A program made the position numbers and the translations under genes. Below are positions 48,221-57,615 of a DNA stretch of 64,000 nt, piece after piece (the stretch's first letter is position 1; every line of letters starts with the position of its first letter). The notes under the pieces are model-generated. The model did not search any database. It was not told where the DNA came from and saw only the letters and a list, made by a program, of their open reading frames with translations. This DNA is from an uncultured Gammaproteobacteria bacterium (GTDB lineage: Bacteria; Patescibacteriota; Patescibacteriia; Magasanikbacterales; UBA922): contig CAYJXK010000001.1 in the NCBI GenBank assembly GCA_964374115.1, forward strand, positions 20,790 through 84,789. Direction: 5' to 3'.

Positions 48221-49688
48221 TCCCCAAAATCACCAAGATATCCGCGGTCGAAGAGACAAAAACATCCAAGGAAGATTGCTGTATTGGCACATGGAAGGTT
48301 GCTTGTAATGCATTGATTGTTTTTTCAAGTAATGCTGTTTTGGGGCGTATGAGAAATACGCCACTTTTTTCTATAGGGCGGATAGGGGTATTTCCAATGT
48401 CGACGACAATAAATTCACTCTCTTCAAATTGTTTTTTGACGCGTGCCGCAAGCCCTGCTTCCCATGTGCCATTCTGGATTTCAATTTTTCCAGGATATGC
48501 GGGGGTATTTTTTTTTATCAATGGTTCATCTTGAACAGATATGTTTGCAAGAGTGTTTGGATCGAAGATACGCGAGATCAATGTTTGAATTGAATCAAAA
48601 TTTCCGTCTTTTGGTCGGAGAAAAAACCCCATGTCCGGGTCTGAAGCATTTTCCAAATAGCCATCTTTTTCTGTATCAAGGACGACGGTTATCAAGCGTC
48701 CTCTGTCAAAATCACGGGCAAATTTTAGAAGTGACATCATATCGCCAAATTCCATGTTTGTTGTCATGTGCTTTTCGAGCGTATTCAGAAGGGCGTGAAT
48801 CTCAATAGGATTGAAGAGGGTGGCAGGGGAAAGGATTTTTTGTTTCAATGCCATGAGCATTTTTTGTTGGCGTCGCGCTCGCGCAAAATCAGAACCTTCT
48901 CCATTGTTGCCATGGCGAGATCGGGCAAATTGCAATGCGCGCGCGCCTTTCATGGTTTGCATGCCTTTTGCAAAAGAAATTGTTTGATATTCAGTGTTTT
49001 CAGCGGGAAATTGGGTATCGGTGAACGATTGTTCGACGTCAACCTCAATTCCACCGAGGGAATCAATTGCTTCTTCAAATGCGGTAAAGTCCACACGCAC
49101 GACATAATGAATCTCCATGTCAAAGGTGTTCTCCACAACTTTTTCTGCGACTCCGAGACCATTGGGTGGCGTTTTCGTTTCGCCAAGCGCATTGGCATAA
49201 TTTATCTTTCTTACTCCATATCCGGGCATATCTACCGCAAGATCTCGCGGGATAGATATCATGGCAACCTGCCGTGTCGAGGGTTTTACACTCACAATCA
49301 TCATGGTGTCGGTAAGGAAAGGGCCATCGTGTCCTATGCCTCCCATGCCAAGAAGGAGAATATTCACTCGGTCGTCGTTCGCGCCGGCAAGTAATGTGCC
49401 TTGCTGAAACACAAAATACTTGAGTTTTTTGAAAAGTCCTTTTGGCGCGATTGGCTCGAGCGTAGAAGGGTCGAATGCTGATGGATCATTGGGGAGGCGA
49501 TCTGGAAAGAGGCGAGTGGCGAGAAATAGGGCACAGAGCACCACAACGAGATAGAACAAAAAAACAGCGCGCTTTTTTGGGCGAGTATACTGAGGAAAAT
49601 GTTCTTCAGGATGGAGTAAATTTGGCACGCGATGCATGGAGGTGAGTATACGGGAAGTGGATGGTTTTGGCAATGATTTCTCTTGCAT
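48180..49688 (-). CDS. LytR-CpsA-Psr (LCP) family cell-envelope phosphotransferase.
   Basis: N-terminal TM helix. LCP core LLLGMGGIGHDGPFLTDTMMIVSVKP...ISIPRDL. C-terminal LytR_C-like region. Confidence 0.85.
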   Translation of the reverse strand: MQEKSLPKPSTSRILTSMHRVPNLLHPEEHFPQYTRPKKRAVFLFYLVVVLCALFLATRLFPDRLPNDPSAFDPSTLEPIAPKGLFKKLKYFVFQQGTLLAGANDDRVNILLLGMGGIGHDGPFLTDTMMIVSVKPSTRQVAMISIPRDLAVDMPGYGVRKINYANALGETKTPPNGLGVAEKVVENTFDMEIHYVVRVDFTAFEEAIDSLGGIEVDVEQSFTDTQFPAENTEYQTISFAKGMQTMKGARALQFARSRHGNNGEGSDFARARRQQKMLMALKQKILSPATLFNPIEIHALLNTLEKHMTTNMEFGDMMSLLKFARDFDRGRLITVVLDTEKDGYLENASDPDMGFFLRPKDGNFDSIQTLISRIFDPNTLANISVQDEPLIKKNTPAYPGKIEIQNGTWEAGLAARVKKQFEESEFIVVDIGNTPIRPIEKSGVFLIRPKTALLEKTINALQATFHVPIQQSSLDVFVSSTADILVILGNDFDENYDNTNNP

Positions 49689-49730
49689 AATAAAGACGTT
49701 TTTGATACGATAGGTGGGAACGCTGTATGG

Positions 49731-49806
49731 CCGCTTAGCTCAGTTGGTTAGAGCGCTGCATTCACATTGCAGAGGTCGAAGGTTCGAACCCCTCAGCGGC
49801 TACCCG
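49731..49806 (+). tRNA. tRNA-Val (anticodon CAC).
   Basis: GGCCGCTTAGCTCAGTTGGTTAGAGCGCTGCATTCACATTGCAGAGGTCGAAGGTTCGAACCCCTCAGCGGCTACC. Has a 7-bp acceptor stem with a terminal G-U pair, anticodon stem CTGCA/TGCAG and loop UUCACAU. There is one A-C mismatch in the T-stem. Confidence 0.8.
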
Positions 49807-49831
49807 ACACGATATTCTTTATCCCAATCCT

Positions 49832-50338
49832 ATGCCCACATCAATCCAAGAACGTACACCTCTTGGTGATATTCTCGCTGAATGGCGGATCACAGAGTAT
49901 AGTCAACACGAACGCAATCATGCGTGGTATATTATTATGGGTTTTTTAGGGTTTTTGTTTGTCTTGTATGGGATTTTTTCAGGAAATTTTCTGTTTTCCC
50001 TTATCATTATTCTTGCGGGCATTATCTTGTTTCTCCAAAGTAAACAAACGCCCCTTGTGGTGACCGTCGCGATTTGTACCAATGGATTTATTATTGGGAA
50101 TCGTTTGTATCCCTTTTCAGAACTTGAAAAATTTTATATCATCTATCGGCCTGAAGAAGACCTAAAAACACTGTTTTTTGACACGAAGAGCCCATTTCGC
50201 CCGATGCTTCGGATTCCACTCGAGGATCAAAATCCCATAGAGATCCGCGAACACCTCAAAGGATTTTTGGTTGAAGATGTGGAAAAAGAAGATGAGCCAG
50301 CAGGGGATACGGTGGCGCGTAAGTGGCAGATACATTGA
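49832..50338 (+). CDS. Hypothetical membrane protein (2 TM helices) flanked by two tRNA genes.
   Basis: GFLGFLFVLYGIFSGNFLFSLIIILAGIILFL hydrophobic hairpin and an acidic C-terminus. No recognisable family. Confidence 0.5.
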   Translation: MPTSIQERTPLGDILAEWRITEYSQHERNHAWYIIMGFLGFLFVLYGIFSGNFLFSLIIILAGIILFLQSKQTPLVVTVAICTNGFIIGNRLYPFSELEKFYIIYRPEEDLKTLFFDTKSPFRPMLRIPLEDQNPIEIREHLKGFLVEDVEKEDEPAGDTVARKWQIH

Positions 50339-50344
50339 CATCGC

Positions 50345-50416
50345 GCACCCGTCGTTCAACGGATAGGACGTCAGCTTGCGGAGCTGATAATCGTGGTTCG
50401 ATTCCACGCGGGTGCA
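50345..50416 (+). tRNA. tRNA-Arg (anticodon reads GCG).
   Basis: GCACCCGTCGTTCAACGGATAGGACGTCAGCTTGCGGAGCTGATAATCGTGGTTCGATTCCACGCGGGTGCA. Has a perfect 7-bp acceptor stem, D, anticodon (TCAGC/GCTGA, loop UUGCGGA) and T (CGTGG/CCACG, TTCGATT) arms. The anticodon call is by hand-folding only. Confidence 0.65.
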
Positions 50417-50473
50417 CATCGTCTAGACCCACCTTCATGTCTAAGCGTCTGAGTGATACAATAATGACACCCT

Positions 50474-52642
50474 ATGTCATTATTTTTTGATTCTCCCATT
50501 TCCTCCCTTCGCCGGGTTGGCCAGGTGTTGATTCGGTCTTTGAAGCGCCTTGGAATCAATACGGTGCGCGATTTGTTGTATTATTTCCCCTTTCGCTACG
50601 AAGATTTTAGTCGAATTGTCTCTATTTCCAACCTACGCGATGGGGAAGAAGTAACCATTCAAGGGGTCATTGAGTTGATCGCCAACAAACGCAGTCCGCG
50701 CAAGCGTACTATTATCACCGAAGCTGTGGTAGCGGACGAAACAGGCAAATTGCGGGTCGTGTGGTTTGGTCAACCGTTTATCACCAAAATTTTACGAGTA
50801 GGAGAGAAAATATATCTTTCGGGAAAAGTGACGAGTGACATGCTGGGACCGGTCATGAAAGGGCCGGGGTATGAAAAAGTAGGCAGTAAGCATTCAGTAG
50901 TAAGCATTCAGCAGACGACCCATACAGCCAGGATTGTACCCATTTATCCGCTCACTGCAGGGCTTACGCAAAAGCAGACGCGGTTTCTGATGAGCCAGAT
51001 TATCGAAGTGACAAAAAATATTTCTGAATGGTTGCCGGATGATATTCGAAAGAAAGGCAATTTTATTTTTTTGAGTCACGCTCTACGCGCCATTCATTTC
51101 CCAAACAATGCTCTTGATCTGCAACAGGCGCGGCGACGGCTAAAATTTGATGAATTATTTTTATTACAATTGCGCGCGGAAATGATTCGTCAATCTGTGC
51201 GACAAGAGAAGGCGCCTGTGATTGGGTTTAAAGAAGAAGAGATTCGCGCGTTTGTGCAATCATTGCCATATCGGCTTACCAAAGCACAAAAAATTGCGGC
51301 CTGGGAAATTTTTAAAGATATTGGACGATCAGAACCAATGAATCGGCTACTCGAAGGGGACGTGGGGTCGGGCAAGACCGTGGTCGCGGCCATGTGTTTG
51401 TATAATGCGATGCTCAACGGCTATCAAGGGGTGCTCATGGCACCAACCAGTATACTGGCAACTCAACATTTTAATTCATTGATCTCTCTGCTGGGGACAA
51501 GAGCAAGAATTGTTCTTCTAACGAGCGAAGAAATTGGTCATTGGGGTGTAGAGATGCATGAGAAAACACAGGGTAAAAAAAGAGCGGAATTGAAACAAAA
51601 GATCGCACTGCGGGAAGTGGATATCGCGATTGGCACGCATGCATTGTTGACAGAGGATGTTCAATTCAAAAGTTTAGGGTTGGTGATTGTGGATGAGCAA
51701 CATCGGTTTGGTGTGGAGCAGCGCAAGATCATCCGTTCCAAAGCCCAAAAAAATATCACTCCGCATTTTCTGTCAATGACAGCAACACCAATCCCACGTT
51801 CATTATCTCTTACGTTATACGGAGATTTAAATCTGTCGATCATTAATGAAATGCCGCCGGGTCGTAAGCCGATTATCACGCGCCTGGTTGATCCGCACAA
51901 TCGGGAAAAGGCATATGGGTTTATTCGGGAACAAATACAGAAGGGCAGGCAGACTTTCGTTATTTGTCCACTCATACAACTTCAAGATAAGAAGAAACAA
52001 GATACAATAACCAAGAGTCAAGAGACAATAAAACAATATAGCAATAGAAACATCTTCTCTACTTCCGATGAACGAAAGTCGGTGTTGGAAGAATATGCCA
52101 AACTTTCTGAGAAAATTTTTCCGGATCTTCGAGTTGGTTTTCTTCACGGAAAGATGAAGTCAAAAGAGAAGGATGAAGCCATGAAACAATTTGCCAATGG
52201 GGAGTTGGATATTTTGGTTTCCACTTCGGTGGTTGAAATTGGCGTAGATATTTCAAATGCCTCTGTTATGATGATCGAAGGAGCCGAAGGATTTGGGCTC
52301 GCGCAACTTCATCAATTTCGCGGACGGGTGGGCAGAAGCGACCATCAATCATATTGTTTTCTTTTTACCAATAGTATTTCAGAAAGTGTGAGAGAGCGGC
52401 TTCATTTTTTTGAACAGACGACAGATGGATTTGCCCTCGCTGAATATGATCTCAAAGATCGAGGACCGGGAGATGTATATGGGAAAATGCAAAGCGGCAT
52501 GATGGAGTTTCGGCTTGCGACTACGCGAGATCATGGACTCATTCGATTGGCGAGGGAAATGGCGCGTGGGATTGACTTCACAAAGTACAGGTCTCTTGAA
52601 ACAAAAGTAGAGGAGTGGGAAAAGAGAGTGCATTTGGAGTAG
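50474..52642 (+). CDS. recG: ATP-dependent DNA helicase RecG.
   Basis: Wedge/OB domain, Walker A motif GDVGSGKTVVA, DEQHRFGV motif and helicase motif VI QLHQFRGRVGR. Confidence 0.9.
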   Translation: MSLFFDSPISSLRRVGQVLIRSLKRLGINTVRDLLYYFPFRYEDFSRIVSISNLRDGEEVTIQGVIELIANKRSPRKRTIITEAVVADETGKLRVVWFGQPFITKILRVGEKIYLSGKVTSDMLGPVMKGPGYEKVGSKHSVVSIQQTTHTARIVPIYPLTAGLTQKQTRFLMSQIIEVTKNISEWLPDDIRKKGNFIFLSHALRAIHFPNNALDLQQARRRLKFDELFLLQLRAEMIRQSVRQEKAPVIGFKEEEIRAFVQSLPYRLTKAQKIAAWEIFKDIGRSEPMNRLLEGDVGSGKTVVAAMCLYNAMLNGYQGVLMAPTSILATQHFNSLISLLGTRARIVLLTSEEIGHWGVEMHEKTQGKKRAELKQKIALREVDIAIGTHALLTEDVQFKSLGLVIVDEQHRFGVEQRKIIRSKAQKNITPHFLSMTATPIPRSLSLTLYGDLNLSIINEMPPGRKPIITRLVDPHNREKAYGFIREQIQKGRQTFVICPLIQLQDKKKQDTITKSQETIKQYSNRNIFSTSDERKSVLEEYAKLSEKIFPDLRVGFLHGKMKSKEKDEAMKQFANGELDILVSTSVVEIGVDISNASVMMIEGAEGFGLAQLHQFRGRVGRSDHQSYCFLFTNSISESVRERLHFFEQTTDGFALAEYDLKDRGPGDVYGKMQSGMMEFRLATTRDHGLIRLAREMARGIDFTKYRSLETKVEEWEKRVHLE

Positions 52643-52650
52643 CGGGTCTC

Positions 52651-52680
52651 TTGACACAAAGCTTGAAAACCATGTATCAT
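52651..52680 (+). promoter_or_regulatory. Near-consensus sigma70 promoter (TTGACA-N18-TATCAT) immediately after the recG stop, driving the small ORF.
   Basis: cTTGACAcaaagcttgaaaaccatgTATCATgg, followed by GGGAGGAGG and an ATG at 52709. Confidence 0.5.
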
Positions 52681-52708
52681 GGCGCAGGCTGTAACCTGGG
52701 AGGAGGTC

Positions 52709-52915
52709 ATGAGGAAGACGATTCAGATTCGACGGACAGGAGAGCCGACGGATTTGAGGGGCGACATCACGAGAGTGAAAGTCGCCGGTCGCTGGTTCGA
52801 GGTCAGGGAAGCAGTGGCCAAAGGATTGATCGACTCTGCTCATCTGCGTCCCGATTCGCCGCTTCCTACGCCACGTTCTGGAAGGAACCCCAAGTCATTT
52901 TGGGATTGGAAATAG
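52709..52915 (+). CDS. Small (68 aa) protein of unknown function in a GC-rich module.
   Basis: MRKTIQIRRTGEPTDLRGDITRVKVAGRWFEVREAVAKGLID... A GGAGG motif sits 5 nt upstream. Has its own promoter, and local GC is visibly higher than in flanking genes. Confidence 0.4.
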   Translation: MRKTIQIRRTGEPTDLRGDITRVKVAGRWFEVREAVAKGLIDSAHLRPDSPLPTPRSGRNPKSFWDWK

Positions 52916-52942
52916 CTCCCTTTGCTTCGTCCTGTCTTTCTT

Positions 52943-52989
52943 GATCTCGCGTCGTAGAAGCACAATGGCGTGCAGAGCGACGCGAGATC
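52943..52989. other. Strong stem-loop (12-bp perfect stem GATCTCGCGTCG/CGACGCGAGATC, 23-nt loop) between the small ORF and the convergent radA.
   Basis: Perfect inverted repeat seen directly. Lacks a canonical U-tract. Confidence 0.6.
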
Positions 52990-52993
52990 CCCC

Positions 52994-54343
52994 CTATTCT
53001 GTCTGGCGAATAAGCTCTTGAATGTTCTGTACAGAAATCAACTGAAGACCTTGTGCAAGTATTGGGGTCTTTTTTTGTTTTGCCACAATCACCCGTTTCA
53101 TGCCAAGCGTTTCACATTCTCGGAGTCGTTTATCTGTCGCGCGCACACTTCTCACCTCTCCACCCAATCCCACTTCACCAAAGACGACCAGATCTTTTCC
53201 AAGCGTTTTATCTTTGAAACTACTCGCGATTGCAAAACACACGGCGAGGTCTGCCGCAGGCTCGTCAGCGCTCATGCCACCTACCACGTTCACATGAATG
53301 TCGTATTGGCCCAGATTTACCCCCGCTCTTTTTTGAAGGACTGCGACAAGGACATGCAGACGATTGAGATCAAACCCACTTGTTTTGCGCACCGGATACC
53401 CGAATGAGGTTTTGTTGACGAGCGCCTGAATTTCGACGAGAAGTGGCCGCATTCCCTCCATGAGACAGGTAACAACGCTCCCAGGAATCGATTCACCTCT
53501 TTCTTCAAGAAAAAGCGCAGACGGATTTTTGACATCCGCGAGTCCTCCGGACGTCATCTCAAAAATACCAACCTCATCTGTTGCCCCAAAACGATTTTTT
53601 GCCGCGCGGAGAATCCGATAGGTATGGAATCGGTCGCCTTCAAACGAAAGAACAGCGTCGACAAGATGTTCCAATGTTTTTGGCCCTGCAACAGCCCCAT
53701 CTTTGGTCACATGGCCAATGAGGACGATTGCAGTGTTACTTGTTTTTGCCGTGGTAAGGAGTTTTGTCGTGCATGCGCGAACCTGAGTCACTCCTCCGAT
53801 TTCCCCCCCTACCTCGTCTGAAGAAATGGTCTGGATGGAGTCAATAATCGTCAACACTGGCTTTTTGGCATGAATCGTTGCAATGATTTTTTCAAGATTG
53901 GTTTCGTTTCCAATCTGGAGAGACGTATTGACATGGGTCTCTATGTTTATTCTATCCGTCCGCATTTTGATCTGCTCCACTGCCTCTTCTCCAGAAATAT
54001 ATATGGTATTTGGTACTGCAAGCGCTATCTGCATTGCAAGCGTTGATTTTCCAATCCCTGGCTCACCGCTCAGAAGCATGAGACTCCCAGGCACAATGCC
54101 GCCACCAAGCACTTGATCGAGTTCACCGATATTCGTCCGAATTCTTGTCACTTCTTTCCCTTGAATGTCTGAAAGACTCACGGTTTTTGTTGGTTCGTAT
54201 GATTCTTTTTCGTTGATTTTGGATTTTTGATTTTGGATTTTTGATTCACTCATGGTTCCCCACGCGCCGCATTCCAAACACCTGCCCGTCCATTTGACAA
54301 ACTGCGCGTCACAGTTCGTACAGATAAAGATCATTCCGGACAT
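52994..54343 (-). CDS. radA: DNA repair protein RadA/Sms.
   Basis: N-terminal C4 zinc finger (CTNCDAQ...CLECGAW), RecA-like Walker A GEPGIGKST and a Lon-protease-like C-terminal domain. Start placed at the internal Met MSGMIF. Confidence 0.9.
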   Translation of the reverse strand: MSGMIFICTNCDAQFVKWTGRCLECGAWGTMSESKIQNQKSKINEKESYEPTKTVSLSDIQGKEVTRIRTNIGELDQVLGGGIVPGSLMLLSGEPGIGKSTLAMQIALAVPNTIYISGEEAVEQIKMRTDRINIETHVNTSLQIGNETNLEKIIATIHAKKPVLTIIDSIQTISSDEVGGEIGGVTQVRACTTKLLTTAKTSNTAIVLIGHVTKDGAVAGPKTLEHLVDAVLSFEGDRFHTYRILRAAKNRFGATDEVGIFEMTSGGLADVKNPSALFLEERGESIPGSVVTCLMEGMRPLLVEIQALVNKTSFGYPVRKTSGFDLNRLHVLVAVLQKRAGVNLGQYDIHVNVVGGMSADEPAADLAVCFAIASSFKDKTLGKDLVVFGEVGLGGEVRSVRATDKRLRECETLGMKRVIVAKQKKTPILAQGLQLISVQNIQELIRQTE

Positions 54344-54353
54344 AGCTGTTTGG

Positions 54354-55670
54354 TTAATCAATTGCTGTTTCCCAGCTACATTGCCCTTTGGGGTCATGTG
54401 ATGAAAGATTGAAAGTCACCCCCAATTTTTTACCTAATTTATTTAATTTGAAATTAGGCGGGTCAGAATGCGTTCCTACCTCACAGTGGCCTTTGACCGT
54501 GTTATCATTGATAGGAAATCCATATTTTTTACTTAGAGCCGATATGAGTTTGGCAAGACTGATATATTGCTCTTCTGTGAAGACATTTTCTTTGTTCACT
54601 ACTTTATATTGTAAGTCAATACCAATGGATATCTTATTTACATTGCAACAGTGATTCATGACATGCAGTTCGTCTGCTAACTGAAAGACTGTGCCATCTG
54701 CAGTAATAGCATAATGACTTCCGATGGGGGTCTGTTTGAGTGTAGGTGGTATCACGAACTTTTGTTTGTTTATTGTCTTCAATGTTCCATAGTGGTAATT
54801 TTTAAACCACATAGAGATCATGTCTTTTTGTCTGTTGTTTGACCATCCTTGGTGGAGAACGACCATCTGCACATCCGATGCCGGCCTTTTTTGATTTTTT
54901 GTTTTCTGAGAAATATTACAATCCAAAAGACCAAGAAGACTGTAATTGATCGTAAGAGTAGAATATGATGCTGGAGAAGATGGAACAGGGATAAAGCATG
55001 GACGGGGAGGAATAATATATTCGTCTCCCTCTTCGAGAGGGGGAAGAGGTGACAACTGTGGAAATTCTGCTCGATTGTTATTATCGAACGGAAGTGGGAT
55101 GTCTGGTCCTTGCGGCCCTGGTTTCCAGACCTCTCCCTCATAGCCCATACTTTCTGCATGTTGAATCGCAATTTCTGGAAATTCTTCAGGCGGCACATAT
55201 AATATTTTCAAATTTCGAAATTGCACCAGCTCAGGATTGATCGTGTACAGAAGCACATACGAGCCAACGACAATAATAAGTCCGGTAACGGAGGCGGCAA
55301 TGCGCTTGAGCGCTTTTTTTTGTCCTTCTCCACCCTCGTCAGGACTCATATATTGCACTCCCGCGATAATGATCATCACAACAGCAAGAATCGAAATCGC
55401 GATCACGCTATAGCGGTAGACTGCCGCGAGATATTCGCCAAGGTAGGGGATGGAGAGGTAGGTGTTTCCGCTGTCATCAGTGAATGATAATTTTTCCACG
55501 TCTTTTGGGTTTGTAAAATTCAGGCCAGGAATAGTAATACGGGTCTGAGGTTTTTGGAGGAGGATATCAATTTCATCTTGTGTGGGCGCTTCAGCAGAAA
55601 CTGGAAAGAAAGGCCGTATACTTATTCCGATGAAAAGAAGACAGAAAATAATAAGATGCTTCTTTTTCAT
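54354..55670 (-). CDS. Secreted or membrane-anchored protein with a Pro-rich linker and a C-terminal N-acetylmuramoyl-L-alanine amidase (Amidase_2/PGRP) domain.
   Basis: Start placed at MKKKHLIIFCLLFIGIS (signal peptide) to avoid a 157-nt overlap with the downstream gene. C-terminal HYAITADGTVFQLADELHVMNHC...ISIGIDLQ...VKGHCEV resembles the Amidase_2 family. Confidence 0.6.
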   Translation of the reverse strand: MKKKHLIIFCLLFIGISIRPFFPVSAEAPTQDEIDILLQKPQTRITIPGLNFTNPKDVEKLSFTDDSGNTYLSIPYLGEYLAAVYRYSVIAISILAVVMIIIAGVQYMSPDEGGEGQKKALKRIAASVTGLIIVVGSYVLLYTINPELVQFRNLKILYVPPEEFPEIAIQHAESMGYEGEVWKPGPQGPDIPLPFDNNNRAEFPQLSPLPPLEEGDEYIIPPRPCFIPVPSSPASYSTLTINYSLLGLLDCNISQKTKNQKRPASDVQMVVLHQGWSNNRQKDMISMWFKNYHYGTLKTINKQKFVIPPTLKQTPIGSHYAITADGTVFQLADELHVMNHCCNVNKISIGIDLQYKVVNKENVFTEEQYISLAKLISALSKKYGFPINDNTVKGHCEVGTHSDPPNFKLNKLGKKLGVTFNLSSHDPKGQCSWETAID

Positions 55671-56311
55671 AAGGAAAGAAGTGTTTTCCATCCCTCGATT
55701 GTTTGTGGGGCGGTAATTTGTTTGTTCTCGATAAAGATCGCGGGAACCGACTGGATATTGAGAGACTCGGCGAGTGTTTCTATTTTTTTGATAAACGTTT
55801 CCGCAGCGCCACTCTGAAGGCATGTTTGGAATTCGTCTTTTTCCACGGGGATGGTTTCAAGACTCTGCAAAAGGATCGTATCCGAGAGAGCCGTGCTGTT
55901 TTCAAACGCAAAGTTTTTGAATGCGTCAAATTGTTTTTGACGATGCATACAAAACGCAAATTGATGCGCTGATCTGGTATTGAATGGAAATCGCGTCACC
56001 GGCAGTCCTTTCCAGATAATTTTTACTTTGTTTGCATCGTTTTCCACAAGCGTAGAAAGGAGTTGCATTTGCACTCGACAGGCATCACAGCCAAAATCTT
56101 CAAAAGCAATAATGGTACGCGACGCTTTTTTATCCCCAAGAATTGGATCATCGGGATACAGAGGGATGAACGAATTTTGGCGCGCTTCTGTTTGCATCTG
56201 TTCTGACGCGGTGATAGATGTGGGGCGATATTGGAGAATGCGAATAAAGAGCGCGAGAGAGGCAATGAGGAGCGCCGGGAAAAAAATGGCGAAGAGATGC
56301 TTTGTGGACAT
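55667..56311 (-). CDS. DsbA-like thioredoxin-fold thiol:disulfide oxidoreductase.
   Basis: N-terminal TM and a CxxC active site (FEDFGCDACRVQ). Confidence 0.65.
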   Translation of the reverse strand: MSTKHLFAIFFPALLIASLALFIRILQYRPTSITASEQMQTEARQNSFIPLYPDDPILGDKKASRTIIAFEDFGCDACRVQMQLLSTLVENDANKVKIIWKGLPVTRFPFNTRSAHQFAFCMHRQKQFDAFKNFAFENSTALSDTILLQSLETIPVEKDEFQTCLQSGAAETFIKKIETLAESLNIQSVPAIFIENKQITAPQTIEGWKTLLSL

Positions 56312-56322
56312 AGTTACTGACT

Positions 56323-57543
56323 CTAGAGTTTTGTGCCAAAAATTCCTGTTTTATTTTTATCCGTAAAGAAAAGATTTTTTCCATCACTCGCGAGGAACAT
56401 GGAATCCACAATCTGATTTCCGTCTGTTTCGATCTTTGTTTTTATGCCGGTCGCGGTGTCAATTTTGTAGAGTTCATCCGAGATGCTATCCGCGATTTCT
56501 GGCGCGAATCCAACGCCTTTGGGCAAATTTTTTGGCACCGCGCAATAGACAATGCGATCGTCCGCAAATGCACATTTGTCTGCCCATGTGGCGATATTGA
56601 GCGGCTTCCTCCCCGATCCAATCGCGTCGCCTGAAGCATTCACAACCCAGAGACTGGGTCCATAATTTGTGTTTGGACTATAAACACTATAGATCAACTT
56701 CTCGCCACTTGGCGCCCATGCATGTTCAAACCCACGTCCTTCCACGATCAGCGACTTGTAATTTTCTCCATGCAAGCCAACAAGAAGGACTTCTTGGCGA
56801 AACGCGCCGAGTGGCGCCCCAGTGAGCGAAAAAGCCGCCACGTCTTTGTTTGCCGACCAATCTACGATCACTTTGTCCGCGTTGTCTCCCATGGGTTCGA
56901 TGAGTTGGATGTTGTTTCCGTCAGGATTTGAGGTGATGAGCCAGCGATTTTCTGGCGCGACCGCCATGCTTTTTGCAACCATTTTTTCTCCGGCTGGTGA
57001 GAATGAAAAGTCTTCCCAATGTTTGGGTAGTGTGACTTGCTTTTTGGTATCAAAATTATACGAGATGTTCGCGCCATCGGGATATTCAATAATTGCCTGA
57101 TTGCCTTTTGGCGACCAGGTCACCTGTTCGACATTGTAAAATACTTCGTCACTGAGCGGTGCTGTGGTCCCGTTTGGGAGTACTCGATAAAATCGTCCAT
57201 CTTGTTGATTGTAGAATCGAGCCACGCCGAGCGTATCTTTTGCCACGCTGAGGATTCGTCCGTCCACCAATCGTCCGATTCGTGGCGGCGGTTCGGCCAA
57301 AGGAGTGAGAGACGTACCTGGCAGAGTGGAAATAGTGGGCAATTGTCCGGGGAGAGACGCAGATGTGGTCGTGATTTTCCCTTCTTCGCTTACCGGAAAT
57401 GGTGTCGTCACTCCAGCAGTCCCTTTTTTCTCTCCCTGTCGTGGCGCACCGGGGGGTGCAAAAAAGACGCGATACATGAGGTATCCGAGAGAAGCAGTAA
57501 CAAGAACGAATAGCGCGATAAAGAGAATACGTTTTTTTTCCAT
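56323..57543 (-). CDS. Membrane-anchored TolB/PD40-like beta-propeller protein.
   Basis: N-terminal TM, then repeated WSPKGNQAI / WAPSGEKLIY / SPDG blades. Confidence 0.55.
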   Translation of the reverse strand: MEKKRILFIALFVLVTASLGYLMYRVFFAPPGAPRQGEKKGTAGVTTPFPVSEEGKITTTSASLPGQLPTISTLPGTSLTPLAEPPPRIGRLVDGRILSVAKDTLGVARFYNQQDGRFYRVLPNGTTAPLSDEVFYNVEQVTWSPKGNQAIIEYPDGANISYNFDTKKQVTLPKHWEDFSFSPAGEKMVAKSMAVAPENRWLITSNPDGNNIQLIEPMGDNADKVIVDWSANKDVAAFSLTGAPLGAFRQEVLLVGLHGENYKSLIVEGRGFEHAWAPSGEKLIYSVYSPNTNYGPSLWVVNASGDAIGSGRKPLNIATWADKCAFADDRIVYCAVPKNLPKGVGFAPEIADSISDELYKIDTATGIKTKIETDGNQIVDSMFLASDGKNLFFTDKNKTGIFGTKL

Positions 57544-57615
57544 ACTGTTTCATTTCAGCGCTTGAACACTTTGCTCAAGTGCTGGAGTGTTCGAGTGTTC
57601 AGGCACTCGGGTGAT

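Noticed and set aside
52615-52944. 109-aa alternative-frame ORF overlapping the small GC-rich ORF. Also the track's 52679 start for the 78-aa ORF.
   Set aside because: The 52679 ATG lies inside the predicted -10 hexamer. The 52709 ATG has correct Shine-Dalgarno spacing. The 109-aa frame begins inside recG.
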